Origin: Candidatus Margulisiibacteriota bacterium
Lineage (GTDB): Bacteria; Margulisbacteria; WOR-1; JAKLHX01; JBAZKV01
Reading direction: 5' to 3'
Assembly (NCBI GenBank): GCA_041650635.1
Contig: JBAZKV010000008.1
Coordinates: forward strand, 2,253 to 66,252
Length of the DNA stretch: 64,000 nucleotides
Shown: positions 58,807 to 64,000 of the stretch, piece by piece
Position numbering within the stretch: the stretch's first letter is position 1
Layout of the letters: each line of letters starts with the position of its first letter
Translations under genes and position numbers: made by a program
Notes under the pieces: generated by a model
Databases searched by the model: none
The model's input: the letters and a program-made list of their open reading frames with translations, nothing else
What the model was told of the DNA's origin: nothing

Positions 58807-60171
58807 TCATCTGGGCTCCCGTCTTCTTATTTTCACTTTCTTTTTATCGCCGTGAAGCTTGTAATAACTCTTGATGGTCTCCTTCTTTATTACCGCACCG
58901 TTCTTCTTGACGGTCCTTGTCACCGTGGTCCAGAACGCTCCTGTCTGCACCAGTTTTTCCTCAGGGACCTCGGAAGTCGGATCTTTTGTTGTCACTATCT
59001 CATATCTGTATCTTATTGCCGCAGGAGAAAAAGATACTGTCTTGCCCGAGGGAGCACCTATGATCCTGAAGGTCAGCCCTTTCTTGAACGGAACAGCCTG
59101 TATCACGACAGGATGCCCGGTATTGTTCCTGAGCTTTAGGTCCGTGGAAGGAGGATAGATCGTAGCGTCCCTTCCCAGAGGGTAGATGGAAAAATACATG
59201 CCGTGGTTCCTTCTGTTAACTATCTCAAGGTCCGCCATGAGGGCGCTGTTATAGAGAGTGGTGGCTATCTGGCACGCCCCTCCGCCGTATTCCGGCACCA
59301 GTTCATCCCCAATGATCACATAAGCCTCTTTAAAACCTCTTTCCCCTGTGAACTCGCCTATAAGAGGAAGGAGCGAAAAAACTTCGCCGGAGGCCAGAAA
59401 GGTATTATCGACAAATGAGGATACCAGATAGATGTTGGAGATCCTGTTTGGCGAATCATGGGTCCCATAGTAGGTGGTGTAACTGCCGATGACCTCGGCG
59501 CTGGGAATGCTCTGGAGCATCTCCCGGCTTATCCTGGGACGGGCCAGATCGAGTATTACAGCAGACTCCAAAGCTCCATTTTCCAGAGAACTTTTTAGCA
59601 GCAGCCTAGTCTCTTCTCGTTTCAACTGTCTGCCTGTAGTGTGCGGTCTTATGGACACCCTGGTCCTTCCCGACGGGTCCTTTGAGATCAAAAATCTCGC
59701 GTTCTCTTTGTCCCTGTCAATATAAGAAGCCACCTGGGCGATAAGGGCCTTCAAATGCAGTTCATTTGCCACCTTCATGACAGGAGGGACCTCTCTCCTT
59801 TTCCTGCCAAGCCCGTAAGAAATCCTGCCCAGATAGCCTTCTCTCTGGGAGATCTGTATTACCCTGTCAACTGATTCTTCCGGAAAAAGTATCAGACCGG
59901 CCTGCGAGGGCTTGAACTCGTACCTTATCTGGCGTTTGTCCTCTTCCAGGACAAGCGCGGGAAGTCTTTCTATAACACTGTCCGCTTCAAAAGTCGAAAG
60001 TCTTAAAACCGCCTCCTGCCTGGTAAGGCCGCTCACCGGCACACTGCCTATGTAAAAGCCCTGATCGATCCTTTCTTCCATATAGAACCGGTCGCCAAAA
60101 TAGGCGCCAAAAACGACCGCGGAAATGATAAGAATAAGGAGCGCTGCTTTTATGAGAGGGTGCTTCTTCAT
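58807..60171 (-). CDS. VanW family protein
   Basis: N-terminal TM, NRISNI, YGGGACQIATTLYN, GRDAT, DLKLRN. Confidence 0.9.
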   Translation of the reverse strand: MKKHPLIKAALLILIISAVVFGAYFGDRFYMEERIDQGFYIGSVPVSGLTRQEAVLRLSTFEADSVIERLPALVLEEDKRQIRYEFKPSQAGLILFPEESVDRVIQISQREGYLGRISYGLGRKRREVPPVMKVANELHLKALIAQVASYIDRDKENARFLISKDPSGRTRVSIRPHTTGRQLKREETRLLLKSSLENGALESAVILDLARPRISREMLQSIPSAEVIGSYTTYYGTHDSPNRISNIYLVSSFVDNTFLASGEVFSLLPLIGEFTGERGFKEAYVIIGDELVPEYGGGACQIATTLYNSALMADLEIVNRRNHGMYFSIYPLGRDATIYPPSTDLKLRNNTGHPVVIQAVPFKKGLTFRIIGAPSGKTVSFSPAAIRYRYEIVTTKDPTSEVPEEKLVQTGAFWTTVTRTVKKNGAVIKKETIKSYYKLHGDKKKVKIRRREPR

Positions 60172-60194
60172 GTCCTGCTATTTTCCGTATAAAT

Positions 60195-60225
60195 AAAAAA
60201 CCCCGAACTGCTTCGGGGTTTTTTT
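60195..60225. terminator. Bidirectional-type terminator after tuf
   Basis: AAAAAACCCCGAA-CTGC-TTCGGGGTTTTTTT. Confidence 0.88.
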
Positions 60226-60242
60226 ATCATCTGTTAGACAAC

Positions 60243-61442
60243 CTACTCTATTATCTTGGAAACTACGCCCGCCCCGACCGTGTGCCCGCCTTCCCTGATG
60301 GCAAAACGCAGGCCTTCTTCTATGGCTATGTCTGTTATCAGTTCCACTTTCATGACGATGTTGTCGCCCGGCATGACCATCTCCACTTTATCGGGAAGCT
60401 GGATAGCCCCGGTAACATCGGTGGTCCCCACATAGAACTGCGGTCTGTAGCCCGGGAAGAAAGGAGTGTGCCTTCCGCCTTCTTCTTTGGTTAGAACATA
60501 TATTTGGGCCTCGAACTTCTTGTGAGGCTTGATGGAACCTGGCTTTGCAAGGACCATGCCTCTCTGGATATCATCTTTTTCTATGCCCCTGAGAAGGATG
60601 CCTACGTTGTCCCCGGCCAGACCTTCGTCCAGGGTCTTCCTGAACATCTCTATACCGGTGACAATACTCTTTTTCTGGCTCCCGAGCCCGATTATTTCCA
60701 CCTCATCTCCTACCTTGACCTTGCCTCTACCTATCCTGCCTGTTCCCACAGTGCCTCTGCCGGTGATCGTAAAGACATCTTCGATCGGCATAAGGAAAGG
60801 TTTATCAAGATCTCTCTTCGGGTCGGGAATGTAGGAATCAAGAGCGTCCATCAGCTCATATATGGATTTGCACCACTGGCAGTCGGATTTTCCGCAGCCG
60901 CATTCAAGGGCCTTTAACGCGGAGCCTTTGACGAACGGTATCTTATCGCCGTCAAATTCATATTTCTTCAGGAGCTCTCTTGTCTCCACTTCCACCAATT
61001 CCACCAGTTCCTTATCGTCGACCATGTCCACCTTGTTCAGATATACGACGATGGAAGGGACATTGACCTGTTTGGCAAGAAGGATGTGTTCTCTGGTCTG
61101 GGGCATGGGGCCGTCGGCGGCGCTCACCACAAGTATGGCTCCATCCATCTGGGCGGCTCCGATGACCATGTTCTTAACATAGTCGGCGTGTCCGGGGCAG
61201 TCTATGTGAGCATAATGTCTTTTATCTGTTTCATATTCCACATGGGCGATAGCGATCGTAATACCTCTTGCTTTTTCTTCCGGTGCGCTGTCGATCTCGT
61301 CAAAGGCCTTTGCCTTGGCATAACCTTTTGACGACATCGTTTTTGTGATGGCCGCGGTCAGGGTGGTCTTTCCGTGATCGACATGCCCGATCGTCCCGAC
61401 ATTTACATGGGGCTTTTTCCTCTCAAACTTTTCTCTTGCCAT
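60243..61442 (-). CDS. tuf: Elongation factor Tu
   Basis: [28 protein letters not shown]. Confidence 0.99.
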   Translation of the reverse strand: MAREKFERKKPHVNVGTIGHVDHGKTTLTAAITKTMSSKGYAKAKAFDEIDSAPEEKARGITIAIAHVEYETDKRHYAHIDCPGHADYVKNMVIGAAQMDGAILVVSAADGPMPQTREHILLAKQVNVPSIVVYLNKVDMVDDKELVELVEVETRELLKKYEFDGDKIPFVKGSALKALECGCGKSDCQWCKSIYELMDALDSYIPDPKRDLDKPFLMPIEDVFTITGRGTVGTGRIGRGKVKVGDEVEIIGLGSQKKSIVTGIEMFRKTLDEGLAGDNVGILLRGIEKDDIQRGMVLAKPGSIKPHKKFEAQIYVLTKEEGGRHTPFFPGYRPQFYVGTTDVTGAIQLPDKVEMVMPGDNIVMKVELITDIAIEEGLRFAIREGGHTVGAGVVSKIIE

Positions 61443-61514
61443 TTTGTTTCCTCCTTGATTTTAATACTGAAATTATATTATACCATAATGCCAGCGTCAA
61501 TGGCCCCGCGCAAC

Positions 61515-61587
61515 AGCCCGCGATCGGGATTGAACCGATGACCTCGTCATTACCAATGACGTGCTCTACCAACTGAGCTACACGGGC
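61515..61587 (-). tRNA. tRNA-Thr (GGT), CCA not encoded
   Basis: Cloverleaf folded by hand: GCCCGTG/CGCGGGC acceptor, CGTCA-TTGGTAA-TGACG, TTCAATC T-loop. Directly upstream of tuf. Confidence 0.96.
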
Positions 61588-61658
61588 ACCTCGACTCCTC
61601 GCTTACGCTCGTCGCTCGGTACAAGCCTGCCCTGAGCGAGCGCTAGCGAGTCGAAGGG
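61587..61658. repeat. Two oppositely oriented, loop-expanded TCGAC..GCTC modules
   Basis: 61587-61625 (39 nt) and 61626-61658 (33 nt); they encode the RlmN tail and stop codon. Confidence 0.8.
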
Positions 61659-62661
61659 TCAATTGTCCGCAGGCGGCATTTATATCTCCGCCGGCGCTTT
61701 TCCTAATTGTAGCATTTGTGCCGCTCCGCACCAACATGTTTTGGAAGAACTGCAGCCTCTTTGGCGAAGAAGGTTCCAGATCGCTGCCTTCGTGCGGATT
61801 GAAGGGTATAAGGTTGACATGGCAGAGCATGTCCTTGAGCATAACAGAAAGCTCCTTGGCATCCTTTATGGAATCGTTGACCCCCATTATCATTACATAC
61901 TCAAAGGAAACCCTTCTGTTGGTCCTGCTGATATAATGACGCACCGCCTCGATAAGGCTGGAAAGGGGGTGCTTTTTGTTGACGGGCATCAGAAAAGACC
62001 TCAAAACATCGTTTGAAGCATTGAGGGATACCGAAAGGTTAAACTGGATCTTTTCGTTCGCCAGTTTCCTTATCTGCGAGGGAAGCCCGCAGGTGGAGAC
62101 CGTTATCCTTCTGGCGCCTATGTTCATGCAATCCGGCAGGTTTATCAAACGGACCGCTTTCATAAGGTTGTCGTAATTTAGCAGCGGCTCGCCCATTCCC
62201 ATAAAGACGATGTTAGGGGAGCCTTCTATCCCCTTTTTTATCTGGATGACCTGGTCGGCGATCTCGGCGGGCGAAAGGTTCCTTATATAGCCGCTGCTTC
62301 CCGTGGCGCAAAAAACACAGCCCATCGGGCAGCCCGCCTGCGTGGAAACGCAGATGGTGTCCCCTATCTTTACGCTTTCGATCTTTTGACCATCCTTCAA
62401 TCCAAAAAGGTATTTTTCTACCCGCGCAGGGACGGCCCTGCGCATACCCATTAATGATAATTTATCTGCCGCGGCAATATCCTTCAATTTCTCACGGAGG
62501 TCTTTTGACAGGTTGGTCATTTCGTCAAACGAAGGCGCGCCCTTTTTGTAGATCCAGTCGCAGAGCTGCTTTGCCCGGAATTTTTCAAGACCGTTCTCTT
62601 TGACGAATTTCTTGATCTCTTCCGCATCAAGGCCGAGGAGGTTAGTTCTGGAATGATTCAT
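61603..62661 (-). CDS. rlmN: Dual-specificity RNA methyltransferase RlmN
   Basis: CVSTQAGCPMGCVFC, FMGMGEPL, ITVSTCG, AACGQL. Start MNHS at 62661. Confidence 0.95.
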   Translation of the reverse strand: MNHSRTNLLGLDAEEIKKFVKENGLEKFRAKQLCDWIYKKGAPSFDEMTNLSKDLREKLKDIAAADKLSLMGMRRAVPARVEKYLFGLKDGQKIESVKIGDTICVSTQAGCPMGCVFCATGSSGYIRNLSPAEIADQVIQIKKGIEGSPNIVFMGMGEPLLNYDNLMKAVRLINLPDCMNIGARRITVSTCGLPSQIRKLANEKIQFNLSVSLNASNDVLRSFLMPVNKKHPLSSLIEAVRHYISRTNRRVSFEYVMIMGVNDSIKDAKELSVMLKDMLCHVNLIPFNPHEGSDLEPSSPKRLQFFQNMLVRSGTNATIRKSAGGDINAACGQLTLRLASARSGQACTERRA

Positions 62662-63082
62662 TAAAGATCTTGCGCGCCAGGCCGGCATCGACATCAGCCC
62701 TTAAAGCCACCACTTCCTTCATCAGCCTTCCTATCTCTTTTGGAGAGGTGATCCCGAGCGAGGATATGGCCTCTTTTATTAATTTACCTGTTTCCTCTTC
62801 GGACAGCATCTTTGGCAGATAGTCTTCCACTATCGCCAGCTCCTTCTTAGCCTGATCTGCTTCCGCCTGCCTTGCGTGCTGCGTCATGATATCGACGGTC
62901 TCTTTGACGCTTTTGGCATAGGTCAAAAGGATCTTGACCACTTCCTTGTCCGAAAGGTCCCCTCTTGCGTTCACCAGAAGGACCTTGGACTTCATCATGC
63001 GCAGCGTTTCAAGACGGGTCTTATCGCCGGACTTCATGGCCGCCGCTATGTCTGAGTTGATGCGGACAAAGAGCTTATCCAT
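62642..63082 (-). CDS. GatB/YqeY domain protein
   Basis: AMKSGDK..LRMMKS, YLPKMLSEEE, IGRLMK. Confidence 0.9.
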   Translation of the reverse strand: MDKLFVRINSDIAAAMKSGDKTRLETLRMMKSKVLLVNARGDLSDKEVVKILLTYAKSVKETVDIMTQHARQAEADQAKKELAIVEDYLPKMLSEEETGKLIKEAISSLGITSPKEIGRLMKEVVALRADVDAGLARKIFNESFQN

Positions 63083-63088
63083 GTTTTA

Positions 63089-63118
63089 ATTATACCACAG
63101 CCAAAAATATGGTATAAT
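63089..63118. promoter_or_regulatory. Divergent extended -10 pair for yqeY (-) and the RRM gene (+)
   Basis: ATTATACCA (63089-63097) and TGGTATAAT (63110-63118) give TGGTATAAT on both strands. Confidence 0.7.
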
Positions 63119-63193
63119 TTTTTCGAGTAAAGGTCGAGGCTTGGCGGCCGCATATGAGCCGCAAAGTCAGAGAAGTTATCAAGGGAGAGATTC

Positions 63194-63481
63194 ATGGCAA
63201 AGACGATATTTGTCGGGAATCTGCCGTGGTCCGTTACGGACGCCGATCTACAGACCAAGTTCAGCGAATTTGGCAATGTGATATCGGCCAGGGTCGTAAT
63301 GGAAAAGTTTTCGGGCCGTTCACGGGGATTCGGGTTCGTTGACATGGATGACGCTGATGCCGACAAGGCCATTTCGGCCCTCACGGGCTACAAATGGGAC
63401 GGCAGAGAGCTCACCATAAACGAGGCCAAGCCAAAGAGCGAAGGCGCTCCAAGAAGAGACAGAGATTACAACAGAATGTAA
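63194..63481 (+). CDS. RRM RNA-binding protein
   Basis: IFVGNL (RNP2), RGFGFVDM (RNP1), GRELTINEAKP. Confidence 0.95.
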   Translation: MAKTIFVGNLPWSVTDADLQTKFSEFGNVISARVVMEKFSGRSRGFGFVDMDDADADKAISALTGYKWDGRELTINEAKPKSEGAPRRDRDYNRM

Positions 63482-63498
63482 TTCTGCTTTTTAATGAA

Positions 63499-63535
63499 GG
63501 GCCCTGTATATCCAACCGGTATGCAGGGCCTTTTT
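63499..63535 (+). terminator. Rho-independent terminator after the RRM gene
   Basis: GGCCCTGTATA..TATGCAGGGCC followed by T5. Confidence 0.75.
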
Positions 63536-63562
63536 CTATCCCCAATGTTATAATGAATGTTA

Positions 63563-63590
63563 TGAGCCGTTGGCCATAAGCCATAGGCCG
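63563..63590. repeat. Heptamer tract in the tRNA-Val leader
   Basis: TGAGCCG TTGGCCA TAAGCCA TAGGCCG. Confidence 0.6.
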
Positions 63591-63594
63591 ATAC

Positions 63595-63669
63595 GGGCGC
63601 GTAGTTTAGTGGTAGAATGTCTCGTTTACACCGAGAAGGTCGCAGGTTCGATCCCTGCCGCGCCCACCA
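63595..63669 (+). tRNA. tRNA-Val (TAC), CCA encoded
   Basis: GGGCGCG/CGCGCCC acceptor, TCTCG-TTTACAC-CGAGA, GCAGG-TTCGATC-CCTGC, ACCA. Confidence 0.97.
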
Positions 63670-64000
63670 TTTTTTCTTCACAAACTATTGGTGTGCCGTT
63701 TTTATTGTCCGCAATTTTCTTCTCATCGATTATTTTTTCGGCGGCGGAATTTTGGCGGGTTTTTTTCGGGTGGGTGCAAAAAACTGTCTCCGTATTTTGT
63801 TTTGGCGCGCGCGCTTTTGTTATCGCAGAGCTATTAATCGACGCAGGCGAGCAATTTGCGCCGTAAAATAATACAACCTCTATGGCGTCTTTCGAATAAA
63901 GTATTTCCTTGATGTGCTCTTTCATGATCAGCCTTCTTTCCATTTTACCGTCAAATTTAGAAGCGTTAACAACGGTTTGGAGTATTTCCCGGGTCCGATC
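63626..64000 (-). CDS. Partial CDS: probable C-terminus of a large serine recombinase ending within tRNA-Val
   Basis: Frame is open to the right edge. ERRLIMKEHIKEILYSKDAIEVVLFY resembles a recombinase C-terminal motif; the last 14 aa are antisense tRNA. Confidence 0.5.
   Translation of the reverse strand, partial: DRTREILQTVVNASKFDGKMERRLIMKEHIKEILYSKDAIEVVLFYGANCSPASINSSAITKARAPKQNTETVFCTHPKKTRQNSAAEKIIDEKKIADNKNGTPIVCEEKMVGAAGIEPATFSV

Noticed and set aside
62662-62694. Longer rlmN start in the ORF track
   Set aside because: It lies deeper inside yqeY; the ATG at 62661 fits the usual RlmN N-terminus.
63870-63925. MKEHIKEILYS as an hpt fragment
   Set aside because: No PRPP-binding motif follows, and the frame is open upstream, so this is internal to a longer ORF.

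Overview
Gene-dense bacterial chromosomal window with mostly housekeeping genes: rimO, trpB, leuS, gdhA, thrS, dxr, ilvDBNC, gmk-rpoZ-coaBC-priA-def-fmt, rnc-pyrC, leuCD, miaA, rlmD, hisD/hisC, gcvT-H-PA, tuf, rlmN, tRNA-Thr(GGT) and tRNA-Val(TAC). Terrabacteria-like gene order together with outer-membrane functions (secretin, Wza-like protein, beta-barrel) suggests a diderm non-model lineage such as Margulisiibacteriota/Saganbacteria (WOR-1); this is inference only. The main signal not explained by the gene list is that several short repeat families occur inside protein-coding genes, mostly in frame. They are a 24-nt TCGAC..GCTC hairpin module with a covarying stem, 28-29-nt GTA..TAC REP-like palindromes, CCCCTCTCCC/GGGAGAGGGG hairpins and heptamer tracts. 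They affect about 11 genes and are nested inside one another at several sites. Other notable items: a GAF-ANTAR gene with a dual-hairpin site before gdhA, a very divergent Glu/Leu-dehydrogenase paralog, a four-helix-bundle gene framed by complementary repeats, many probable leaderless promoters, and a probable serine recombinase ending inside tRNA-Val at the right edge. All protein calls come from motif recognition by eye; no database searches were run.
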